Source: Octopus sinensis
Lineage: Eukaryota
DNA length: 19,087 bases
Reading direction: 5' to 3'
NCBI RefSeq assembly: GCF_006345805.1
Contig: NW_021824292.1
Span: forward strand, 1 to 19,087
Shown here one piece after another: positions 8,716 to 19,087 of this stretch (its first letter is position 1; each line of letters begins with the position of its first letter). A program made the translations under genes and the position numbers. Below the pieces are notes generated by a model that was not told the origin of the DNA, ran no database searches, and saw only the letters and a program-made list of their open reading frames with translations.

Positions 8716-9346
8716 TTGCCCGGTTCGTATGGTCTGCTTTACGAATTCTGTTTTCATGCTAGATTTGTTTGGCAGCCTCTTGGAAGATGTCTACAGTAAA
8801 TGGTAGAAAAACGGGAGAATTCCTAGTGCTGTTAACCGGGATGTGGTTTCACTGCTGGGAAAGGACACAGACAATGGGGACGTGCTAGGGAATTTTCGGC
8901 TCATAACTCTGCTAGACACAGAATTGAAAATTTTGGCCAAGGTGTTAATGAAAAGGTTGGCGATTGTCGTTGGTAGCTTGGTCTGAGAGGCACAAACGTG
9001 CGCAATCTCGAGCAGTCTCCACCTTATGCGATACATCATAGGGGGCTGGGACTAAAACTGGCTTCGGTAGGGCCCTGATCAATTTAGATCAGTCGAAAAC
9101 TTTCGATAGAGTAGACCATTGCTACTTGGAAGCCGTCCTTAAAGCGGCCGGTTTCGGACCCGTTTTCAGAAGCAGGATTGCTGCAATGCACAGCGACACC
9201 TGCTCGGTGGTCAAAATAAATGGCCACCTTTCGGAATCGTTTAGTATCGCACGTTTTGTCCGTCAGGACTGCCCGCTATCACCTCTTCTTTATGTGCTGG
9301 CGCTGAAGCCATTGCTGCGGAAGCTGGAGCAGTTAAGATGCCTCCC
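8716..9346 (+). mobile_element. L1/Tx1-clade non-LTR retrotransposon reverse transcriptase fragment (pseudogenised, truncated before the YADD motif)
   Basis: LPGSYGLLYEF, NFRLITLLDTELKILAKVLMKRL (8891-8959), DQSKTFDRVDH (9087-9119) and RQDCPLSPLLYVLALKPLL (9261-9317) match the canonical RT blocks SPGxDGLxxEFY, NxRPITLLNxDxKILAKxLxxRL, DQxKAFDRVDH and RQGCPLSPLLY. Stops and frameshifts are present. Confidence 0.92.
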
Positions 9347-9353
9347 ATTCGAA

Positions 9354-9735
9354 ATTATTATTATTATTATTATTATTATTATTGTTGTTGTTGTTGTTGT
9401 TGTTGTTGTCATTCTTCTTCTTCTTTTTATTATTATTATTAATTATTATTATCATTATTATTATTATTATTATCATTATTATTATTATTATTATATATTA
9501 TTATTATTATATTATTATTATTATCATAATTATTATCATCATTATTATTATATTATTATTATTATTATTATATTATCATTATTATTATTATTATTATTAT
9601 CATTATTATTATTATTATTATGATTATTATCATTAATTATTATTATTATTATTATTATTATCTTATTATTATCATAATTATTATTATTATTATTATTATT
9701 ATCATTATATTATTATCATATTATTATCATTATTA

Positions 9736-9796
<61 letters not shown>

Positions 9797-10067
9797 CATT
9801 ATTATTATTATTAATATTATTATCATTATTATTATTATCATATTATTATTATTATCATATTATTATTATCATTATTATCATTATATCATTATTATTATTA
9901 TTATTAGTATTATTATATTATCATTATTATTATTATTATATCATTATTATTATTATTCTTATTATTATCATTATTATTATTCATTATTATTATTATAATT
10001 ATTATATTATTATTATTATTATCATATTATTATTATATTATTATTATTATCATTATTTATTATATTA

Positions 10068-10105
<38 letters not shown>

Positions 10106-10156
10106 TTATTATTAATATTATTATTACATTATTATTATTATTATTATTATTTATTA

Positions 10157-10225
<69 letters not shown>

Positions 10226-10236
10226 CATTATTATTA

Positions 10237-10276
<40 letters not shown>

Positions 10277-10516
10277 ATATCATTATTATTTTTTATTATT
10301 ACATTATTATTATTATTCATATTATTATTATATTATTATCATTATTATTATTATTATTATTATTATTTTATTATTACATTATTATTATTATTAATATTAT
10401 TATCATTATTATTTTATTATTATTATTATTATCATTATTATTATTATTATCATTATTTTATTATTATATTATTATTATTATTATTATTATTATATTATTA
10501 TTATTATTATTATCAT
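9354..10516. repeat. About 1.16 kb interrupted (ATT)n array with short (GTT)n and (CTT)n blocks near its start
   Basis: Direct inspection. There are frequent ATC variants and single-base slips. Confidence 0.97.
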
Positions 10517-10531
10517 TTCTACTGCTATTAT

Positions 10532-10588
10532 AGCGGCGAGCTGACAGAATCGTTTAGCACGCTGGGCGAAATGCTTAGCGGCCATTTC
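10532..10588 (+). mobile_element. SINE 5' head fragment
   Basis: GCGGCGAGCTGACAGAATCGTTTAGCACGCTGGGCGAAATGCTTAGCGG matches the start of the 7414 monomer. Confidence 0.85.
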
Positions 10589-10676
10589 GATTAAACCTTC
10601 TCTCAGAAATTCTTAGACCAGGAATCTAAAGCAAGAAATCATTATTTCTATTATTATTCCAGAATCAGAATTTCAC

Positions 10677-11128
10677 ATCACCATCGCTGTTGTCGTTTCG
10701 TCGTTGTTATCCTTGTCGTCAAAGTTATCCTCCCCCTCCTCCTCCTCGTTATCATCATCATCATCATCATCAACTTTATCATTATCATCATCATCGTCAT
10801 CGTCCACATCATCATCCTCATCATCATCACCATCACCATCATCATCCTCATCCTCATCATCATCATCATCACCTTCATCATCATCACCATCAACATCATC
10901 GCCATCATCATGATCATCACCTTCATCATCATCATCATCATGATCATCATCATGATCATCCTCATCATCACCATCATCATCATCATCATCATCGCTATCA
11001 TCGCCTTCATCGTCGTCGCCCTGTCGCCCTTATCGTCTTCCTCATCATTATCATCACAGACATAATCATAATCGCCGTCATCCTCAGTATCGTCATTATT
11101 GTCACTGTCTTTAACTCTCATAAAACCG

Positions 11129-11170
<42 letters not shown>

Positions 11171-11196
11171 TACTACTACTACTACTACTACTACTC
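10677..11196. repeat. Degenerate (CAT)n tract followed by (ACT)n at 11128-11196
   Basis: Direct inspection. It explains the poly-His, poly-Met and poly-Ser ORFs. Confidence 0.93.
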
Positions 11197-11367
11197 TATT
11201 TTTATATAAAAAAACACAGAAAAAAATGAAGGAAAAACTCCTTAAATTATCATTTGCCAATTAAGGTGACCCCCGAAACTATCATCAATTTTGTCACATC
11301 CACTTAACCCCCGAACCCTTTCAGCATGATAGAGAGAAGGACGGGGAAAGGAAATAGGTAGATAGGG

Positions 11368-11376
11368 AGATAGATG

Positions 11377-11429
<53 letters not shown>

Positions 11430-11570
11430 GGGGGGATGCAGAGAGGTGCAAGGTAGAAGTAACGTGAATAGAAAGTTGAGAATGAGTCAAGGTGTGGGGA
11501 AATATATATGAAAATGAGAAAGGAAAGTGCAGGAAAAGGGGGAAAGTAAGAGGGATAGAGAAAGAGAAAC

Positions 11571-11629
<59 letters not shown>

Positions 11630-11832
11630 CGTGTGTGTGTGTGTGTATCAGAAGCGGCAGACTATAAGGATCATATGAGGGAAGGAACGTTTAGACCACG
11701 GAACGCTCATTCATACAAGTATTATGGCATACTCACCCATAGACACACACACACACACATGTACATACATGAATGTATATATATATGTGTATATATATAT
11801 ATATAATATATATATAGATATATATATATATG
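11368..11832. repeat. Mixed (GATA)n, (GA)n, (GT)n, (CA)n and (TA)n microsatellites with short unique spacers
   Basis: Direct inspection. Confidence 0.88.
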
Positions 11833-11899
11833 GTCTCGTATTTGGGGTATGGAGACGCGCACGTATACTCATATTGTATCATATCGACATATAGACATA

Positions 11900-12645
11900 A
11901 AAAAAACGCACGAAGCACGTACAGAGAAGCACGCTTTCAAATACGTACACAGACATATATAGAAGTATACGCATGCGCAAATACTTAGTCATATGGATGT
12001 GCATACACGTGCGCAGATATGCAGATAAGCACACACATACTAAATTTCATATAAGCATACACACATGCGAGCAAATCTAGGCAAATACACACACATATAT
12101 ATATATATGGAAAACACGCACGAACACATCCACACGTAACTGTGTATGTGCATGCACACAACCATACATACACGCATGCGCAAGTATTCCGCAAACACAG
12201 TCTCAAGGACCCTGTTGTGCATACATCCGCATATCCGCACGTACAGATGTACCATTGTACATACACATGAAGATGTGCATAATAAGCACAAACACACACA
12301 ACTGCACGTATGAATGCATGTTGAACATTTACACGCAAACAAGCGCGTACACAAACAATTACAAACACACAAGAGATAAAAGACACACACGCAAACACTC
12401 GGAAATACGCTCGTTCTCGGAAGCATCTTTAGCTCCACATGTGAAACCACACAAACACACGCACGTGTACATACACACACACACACACACAGATTCGTAC
12501 AATTTCACGCACATGAGCGCACCTCTAGGATATATGCATGAAAACATCGGTACACATTCGGACATAGACATACGCAAAGACAACACACACACACAAACCT
12601 ATAAATATAGATGTAAACACACATATATCAACGCATTTACACTCT

Positions 12646-12711
<66 letters not shown>

Positions 12712-12720
12712 CACAGACAT
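11900..12720. repeat. Cryptically simple CA/CG/TA-rich tract ending in a (CA)n run
   Basis: Recurring ACACGCA, CATACA and AAAACACGCACGAA words. Perfect (CA)n at about 12650-12708. Confidence 0.8.
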
Positions 12721-13324
12721 AAACACTTAGAAGACAGCATACACACCAAACACAGAGGGAACGACTATTTGTCACGTCTAAAAGGATTCGCTTAGGCACC
12801 ACTGAAGTGGGGCTTTCCAAGAATATGACCCGGACATGACCTTTGACAATAGAACTCTCCTAGAAGAGCTCCTTAGTGAAGAAACCAGAGGAGATTGTGC
12901 TTTATTTTGTATTGTTTATTTATTAAAATTTTTACTTTCCGTGCAATTGCCTTTATGTGATAAATTTCACCTTCTGTAACAGCATTCATTTATGTATGTA
13001 AGTATGTTCCATGACTTTGACTTGCAGCTGTATTTAAACTATCACTTTTCTCACTCACACACTAACATACAACCACACAAGCATACACGTTCGCAGCGCG
13101 CACACGCACACACACATACGCACGCACTAACACACACATACACACACATATATAGTTATGGTATAGTCTGTTAAGAACGTAGTAGAGTACAGTATAAAAC
13201 CCGTTCCCCTTCAGATTTCACCCGGTGCCATCCAGTAGTAGTTTTATAAGTACTGCGTGTGAACGGAAAATTGAAAAATATATGGAGTCAACAAGAAGGG
13301 ACACGGTTGGACATTTTTTTTCAT

Positions 13325-13809
13325 GGCGATGGTGGTGGTAGTGGTGGTGGTCGTATCGATGACAGGTTGATGTAGTGTTGACAAGTTGAGGTGATGGCGC
13401 TGTTTGAGATGGTAATGCAGGTGTCTGAAAGAGGTGGTGTTGATGGTGATTAGTTTCGGTGGTAGTAGAGGATGAATGGTTGAGAACTAGTGTGTATGGT
13501 TGTAATTGGTCGAGGTAGTAGTGGTGGGGGTGGTGTTGAATGGTTGAGGTAGTGGTGGTGGCGGATGATCCCTCACCCCATCTGCCATCATAACCAGCTC
13601 CTCTAGCATCGCCAGCATCACCAGCACCACCAACACCAACACTATTACCACAAACAACAACTTCAGCAACATTCGATACCGCAACCCGTACCTTTGTTAT
13701 TGCGACCAAAATTACCCCAATGACAATCGACTACAAGCACCACCACCATCACCACGACCACGACCACGACCACACAACGACGACGACGACGACGACGACG
13801 ACGACCACC

Positions 13810-13841
<32 letters not shown>

Positions 13842-13900
13842 CAATAACAACAACAACAACAACAATAACAACAACAACAACAACATCAACAACACATTAA
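13325..13900. repeat. Degenerate GGT/GAT-rich tract switching at about 13565 to CCA/ACG/AAC-rich trinucleotide repeats
   Basis: Direct inspection. (ACG)n, (ACC)n and (AAC)n occupy 13775-13890. Confidence 0.85.
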
Positions 13901-14107
13901 CATCATAACACTGTCAACATAACAATCAATACCCCTGATAGCGTCCAACACGAGCCAATGAGGGAGTCTGTATGTGGCCACTCGACCTGGTAAATATATA
14001 ACACGCACACAATGGAAGGCAATTTTTGTTGAGGTAACTCTAAATACATCATGTTTGGAAAAGAAGGCATAGTCATGGTTAGAACGCCGTTCATTCTATA
14101 TTTTCAG

Positions 14108-14199
14108 GATCAGAACTGACTTGTAGTACAAGTACAACATTGAAGCTACCATCTACACCAATACCAGCCTTTCCACTAACTTCAGCCTCTGGTTCACAG
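14108..14199 (+). CDS. Candidate 92 nt exon (phase 1 to 0), Ser/Thr/Pro-rich: (G)SELTCSTSTTLKLPSTPIPAFPLTSASGSQ
   Basis: Acceptor TTCTATATTTTCAG| at 14107 and donor CAG|GTGAGC at 14200. Only one of the three frames is open. The exon could be non-coding. Confidence 0.42.
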
Positions 14200-14723
14200 G
14201 TGAGCTGTCTCTACCTTTTCTACCGTTATTAAAATGGATTCTGTTCCTTGGAGCTGAATGAGTTCATGCCGCCTCCTCCTCCCAGGCACTCCTGTCCGCC
14301 TCGACTCTATTCTCCACATTACCCACGTTGTGTTCGACCCACTCAAGGCTCTGCAGTAATCTCCATGCTCTGTGCTTGCTCCTCCAAAGCACCGGTCTTC
14401 TGGAATTCCTTCTCAGCCCATATCTTGTTGACTTAGAAGGATTCAAGTGCAACAATGTCACAGGTCTCCGAAGGCCTTCAGAAGTCTATAAAGGCATAGT
14501 CAATTCTTCCAGATACAACAAGAATAAGAAAAAGGATTTCACAAGCACCATTGCTACCAATATTAACACCAACACCAACACCAGCAGCTATACTAACGGC
14601 ATTAGTGAGGAAGTTATTAATTCAGGTTAAACTAAAATTAAAGGTTAGGGTTATTGATTTACGTAATAGGAGGCGGTGTTTATTCTTACTGACACACTGA
14701 GCGAATTCATAAGGTAAGTGTAT

Positions 14724-14724
14724 A

Positions 14725-14790
<66 letters not shown>
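14724..14790. repeat. (ACT)n microsatellite
   Basis: About 22 units. Confidence 0.96.
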
Positions 14791-14902
14791 AACAAATAAT
14801 AATAATAACCATCAGAGCACCACAACAAATCACAGCACATACCCAAGGCACACAGAGCTGCGCTCGATAGTGAAGTGAAAGCACACTATAAAAATAAAAC
14901 TA

Positions 14903-15113
<211 letters not shown>

Positions 15114-15289
15114 GTGAAAAGATAAATGTATGAATTTTTATGGAGTGAGAATGAAGTTGTGTTATTCAACAGTATTTGAAAAATCTCTATATCGTTGAGT
15201 AATATCTTCAAACCATGGTTATTGGTAATAAAGTTAGAGTCGAATGAAAAAAGTTCTCAAATATTATTTACCACCTGACCTGGAAAGAA

Positions 15290-17116
15290 GTGTTTGATAA
15301 AATTTGAACGACTTAAAAGTTCTGTTTGCATGATAAAACGCATTCATTTTTTTTTTAAAGTTAAGTAATCTTTTGTTATCTAAGAAAATATGCAAGGCTT
15401 CAATAGAGTATAGTCAAGATTCTGTCTTATTTCTAGTGTAAAAAGGGACTGATACCATGGTGTTCAGTGTAGTTTATATTTAGTATTCGAAGAATTAAGG
15501 TTAAGTATGTAATTATTTAGTCTTGTTAAATTACATAATATTTTTGTTCACAAATCTATGTGTAAGTTATAACTAGCATATAAATGAATACACTGTAGAT
15601 CTTATGGAACAACGGATATTCGTGGATGCAATGACGCTAGATTTATAGACACCATTGCATAATAAACAGCTGCCTTGAAGGGGCAGGTGAAAATCGTTCT
15701 ACAGTTACAACAGAAGTAATTATTTTGTAAAATTAACTCCCGTTCACATGGTATAAATTTTCATTGTTACTATGTTTCAACATATTTAGGATAATATTAC
15801 AATTACTTACAGTATCCTCTTGTTCACATTCTATTAAAATTATTTTTGTTAGATTTCCTAATTTTATTAGATTTTCTAATATTGCTATATAAATAGGAGT
15901 TAGTATTCAGGTGTGTTTGATTATTTTTGTATTCTAGATTAGAATTATGAATTTCTAGTGACAATTTCTTTCCATATTTTGTTAACCATATGTATGGAAT
16001 TATTATATATTTTATATTATGCTCATTTTTTTAACTTACCATCAGTTTGATACCTCAGTTGTGTTTGCATGTTTTGGATTCCATATTTTTACTTCCGATA
16101 TTACGAATCTCACTCATTTAAAGGTTAAATTAGTAAGGTAAATGAGAGAGTTTGTGGATCTTCTGAGTGTGTGAGAGAGAGAGAGAGAAGGAGAGAGAGA
16201 GGGAGAGAGAGAGGGAGAGAGAGAGGGAGAGAGAGAGGGAGAGAGAGAGAGAAAGAGATAGAGATAGTCTGTGTATTGTCTTTGTTATACTTACTAATTT
16301 TTCAGGCATTAGAACATTATGTATGATTAGCCAGATTAGGTATTACAGAGTAAGATACTTTTACCGTGTACTTATTAGAAATATAGTGGTATTAGTGGCT
16401 TGAGAGAAATTTCTTATCTAATACACTAAAATTTTTTATATATATTTGTCTTAATGTTTTATGCATAGGGTGCGTTAAACCAAGTTACATTTCTTTTCTT
16501 CGTTTCAATATTTCCATTTTTCCGTGGATGATAGTTATTTTTATGGGATGTGTATCGTAATTATCCTTCGTAGTAACAGTATTCGATGTTAGATATGTCA
16601 GAATAGATTATCTTATTTCTTATTTTATATTTTAAGTTAGAATTTTTAACATTTGTATTATGTAGTTTATGGTTGTTGCATTCAAGCTTATTATTAGATT
16701 TTAGAATATGTTTATGTTATTTACCGTTTTTAACTCTATGCTTAGGTGCGTATCCACTCTCAGCAGATTTTGTTTCGCTAATTTCGTTTCTTAGTTTTAT
16801 TAGATTTCTCCGACTACTTTTCTTTTATGGTAACATCAGGGTTTTTTTATTATTTATATTCTTCGACTCGTAGTTACATTATCGTTCTGGTTAATTATAT
16901 TAGATGGGTTTATAATAGAAGTCTCATTTTTTTCCTGTTATTTACAATGTTTTTATGTTTAGAACGTTAAGAGGTGGTATGGTGTTTTGATATGTTTCGT
17001 ATACTTATGTGTAGAATTTATCCTATATTCAGAGTTGTTCATTAGATGTAATAAACAGGATTTTATCCTCAAAACTACTTTTCAACAAAGCATCATTATA
17101 CTATAAAAGATTTTAC
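15290..17116 (-). mobile_element. Decayed Penelope-like retroelement: RT C-terminal/thumb region plus GIY-YIG endonuclease
   Basis: Minus-strand blocks in the expected order are YNDALLKSSFEDKILF (17100-17053), KKRNVTWFNAPY (16500-16465), FSVLDKKF-SSH-YH-ISNKYTVKVSYSVIPNLAN (to about 16325), CNCRTIFTCPF/SCLLCNGVYKSSV (15709-15633), SIRST (two substitutions from YIGST, 15609-15595), and SIEALHIF...LLNFKKKM. These match the PLE motifs KRNxxWFNPPY, NTVKVSYSCMPN, CNC-x5-CP-xGxC and GxY...YIG. Many stops are present. Confidence 0.82.
16170..16262. repeat. (GA)n/(GAGAGAGAGG)n microsatellite inside the Penelope-like element
   Basis: Direct inspection. Confidence 0.95.
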
Positions 17117-17253
17117 ACACGCGCGCGTATACCCCCCCCACACACACATACACACACATACTCCTATACAACTGTGCTTGTAATTCAGGCATGGCCTGAG
17201 CTATTAATGGTCAAGATATATCTATGCTATTTACGTTTTATATATAGACACAG

Positions 17254-17678
17254 GCATGGATGTGTGGTGAGAGGTTTGCTTCACAACCGTATGATTCTGG
17301 GTTCAGTCCCACGGCGTGGTACCTTGTGTCTTCCACTACAGCTTCAATCCGGCCGAAACATTGTGGAGACAGAAACTGAAAGGTACCTGTTCTTTATGCA
17401 TATGTATTTCAATTTTACCCCGAGTTCGGTTCATGATGTTCGGTTCATAAGCCTAAAAATGGCGAAACATCGATGTCCATCACTCCTGAATAGGACTTGG
17501 AGTAAGTTACCTCGCTTACCTACGACTATGACTTTAAGGTGTTTTAACACCCGGAACTTTGAGAGAGTCATCTCCTCCGCGTCAAATCGTAGCCGACCGG
17601 CGAGCAAGTAAAGCACATTCATTGTGTAAACGTGTGATATTTATATATGTGTGTCCGGGTGGCGGGGTGTTTGTGTGA

Positions 17679-17719
<41 letters not shown>

Positions 17720-17790
17720 CATTTATCTTTGTGAGTATGTCTTTGTATTTGTATTTGTCACCCACTACCGTTTGAAAACTCTCGTTGGTT
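17254..17790 (+). mobile_element. Diverged composite SINE: head at 17254-17395, then about 230 bp of unique sequence, (GT)n, and a weak 3' body to about 17790
   Basis: TGGATGTGTGGTGAGAGGTTTGCTT...GGGTTCAGTCCCAC-GCGTGGTACCTTG...GAAACTGAAAG matches the 3440 family head. TTTGTCACCCACTACCGTTTGAAAAC resembles the family's 3' part. Confidence 0.6.
17520..17571 (-). CDS. Possible first coding exon MTLSKFRVLKHLKVIVV(G)
   Basis: ATG at 17571 in a locally CpG-rich island and strong donor GTAG|GTAAGC at 17519. The KVIVVG strand resembles the start of a P-loop or Rossmann fold. I found no matching second exon. Confidence 0.25.
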
Positions 17791-18464
17791 TGCTTATGAG
17801 ACTGTATTTTAACAAAAATTGCATGTGTATAATCAAGAGAAAGAGGTAGTTTCCGATTTATCACTGTCCTTATTACTTTCGCTTCGAAATGACAAAATTT
17901 TAAGCTTTATTATATACATACGTACGCACATATTCGTGCACAATGGCACACATACATACACATTATACGTGTTCAGTATGTACACACACACACACACACA
18001 CACGCGCGTACACACACACAATTTGATACGCACTGAAGGTTACAACGTACAACGTACAACATACCCACTATTGGCCGTATTTCCTTCAGAGCGCTCCAAG
18101 TGTGGATATATTTCGAATAACCCTATCTGAAACCTTCATGAACAATGAAAAAGGTTCGAGTCTTTCACGCAATATGCTTACAAATAATGCACACACACCC
18201 ATGCACACACGCACACATTCATGCATCTATTTATCCCTACTAAGACAGACACACTCTTTCTTTCTCCCACATATACACTCACACACGCAGACACATATAC
18301 ACATACATAGAGGGAGGCGACAGGGATACATACGCATACTCTGCCTTTTTCATCTTGGCGCGAGATAAATAGCTTGATTTATCAACGCTTCTCTGCTGGC
18401 TTTCAAGCAAAGCTCGCCGACTGACATCCCACAGTAGCCTCAAGCGAATTAAAGATGAATTAGA

Positions 18465-18555
18465 ATGCCCCCGCCATCTCTTTACCACCAGCTCGAGCCC
18501 GCTCCTCTCCTCAAAACTCCACAAACAGTTAGACATGATAAGGACTTAGTGGTAG
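18465..18555 (+). CDS. Possible exon MPPPSLYHQLEPAPLLKTPQTVRHDKDLVV(G)
   Basis: Consensus donor GTAG|GTAAGT at 18556 and an open frame from the ATG at 18465. I recognise no homolog. Confidence 0.2.
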
Positions 18556-18799
18556 GTAAGTAAGAAAGTAGAAAAAAAAAACAAAGATAAAAAACAAAGG
18601 ACTAAAAAAGACCACCACGTCCAGTGGTTCGTGGCACGGGCCAGGCAATGATGCCCTGGGGCGTAATGTGAACTGGCAACCGATGTGTAAACGAATTTAT
18701 ATGGGAGAACACGTGCCGCTTACTAACTAATGTCCAGTTCGTGACCGTTACCTATGCAAGATAACGAAACTGGATAAGAACTAAAAATAATATAAAATT

Positions 18800-19053
18800 A
18801 TACGTACATATATATATACATATATGTATACATGTGTGTGTGTGTATGTATGTATGTATGTATGTATGTATATGTATGTATGTATATATATATATATGTG
18901 TGTGTATACAGACATATATATATAATGTATACATACATATATATATATATATATATAGATATATATATATATGTATACATAATATAAATATATGCATACA
19001 AACATATATATATACATAGACATATATACTCAACCAGCATACTCAACTCATAG

Positions 19054-19087
<34 letters not shown>
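18800..19087. repeat. (TA)n/(TATG)n/(TG)n low-complexity tract
   Basis: Direct inspection. Confidence 0.95.

Noticed and set aside
13215-13238. Terminal exon ISPGAIQ* after the acceptor CCCCTTCAG at 13214
   Set aside because: The acceptor is plausible, but the frames are short and uninformative with nothing independent to support them. It remains only an alternative partner for the 6369 donor.
15395-15425. In-frame TGA in the GIY-YIG C-terminal CxxC region as selenocysteine, as reported for some Penelope-like elements
   Set aside because: By my alignment the TGA falls at a non-Cys position, and the copy has many other TAA and TAG stops, so it is ordinary decay.
15120-17100. Mitochondrial insertion (NUMT), suggested by the very AT-rich, T-skewed composition
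   Set aside because: No mitochondrial gene, rRNA or tRNA is recognisable, and the minus strand is explained by ordered Penelope-like motifs.
17174-17611. 145-aa plus-strand ORF
   Set aside because: Its first half is a SINE head, and the translation shows no recognisable domain.

Overview
AT-rich, repeat-dense eukaryotic (animal) genomic DNA, not prokaryotic: there is no operon, CRISPR array or intact long ORF. The SINE families, their density and the microsatellite load match what I recall of Octopus (coleoid cephalopod) genomes. That assignment is inference, not a database result. The window holds three decayed retroelement fragments: an R4/Dong-like RLE non-LTR element (1-524, minus), an L1/Tx1-clade reverse transcriptase fragment (8716-9346, plus) and a Penelope-like RT/GIY-YIG element (about 15290-17116, minus) with unusually long linkers. 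It also holds about 11 tRNA-derived SINE copies, three with clear target-site duplications, and many simple repeats including a 1.16 kb (ATT)n array. A few unique islands carry credible splice signals, best at 6223-6369, 8070-8108 and 14108-14199, and may be exons of a host gene. Almost all ORFs in the supplied track are translations of microsatellites or SINEs. I found no convincing new biological system. The best leads are a local templated-duplication complex at 2.2-5.3 kb, the long-linker Penelope element, a SINE dimer inserted as one unit, and a candidate membrane-protein C-terminus surrounded by dsRNA-forming repeats.
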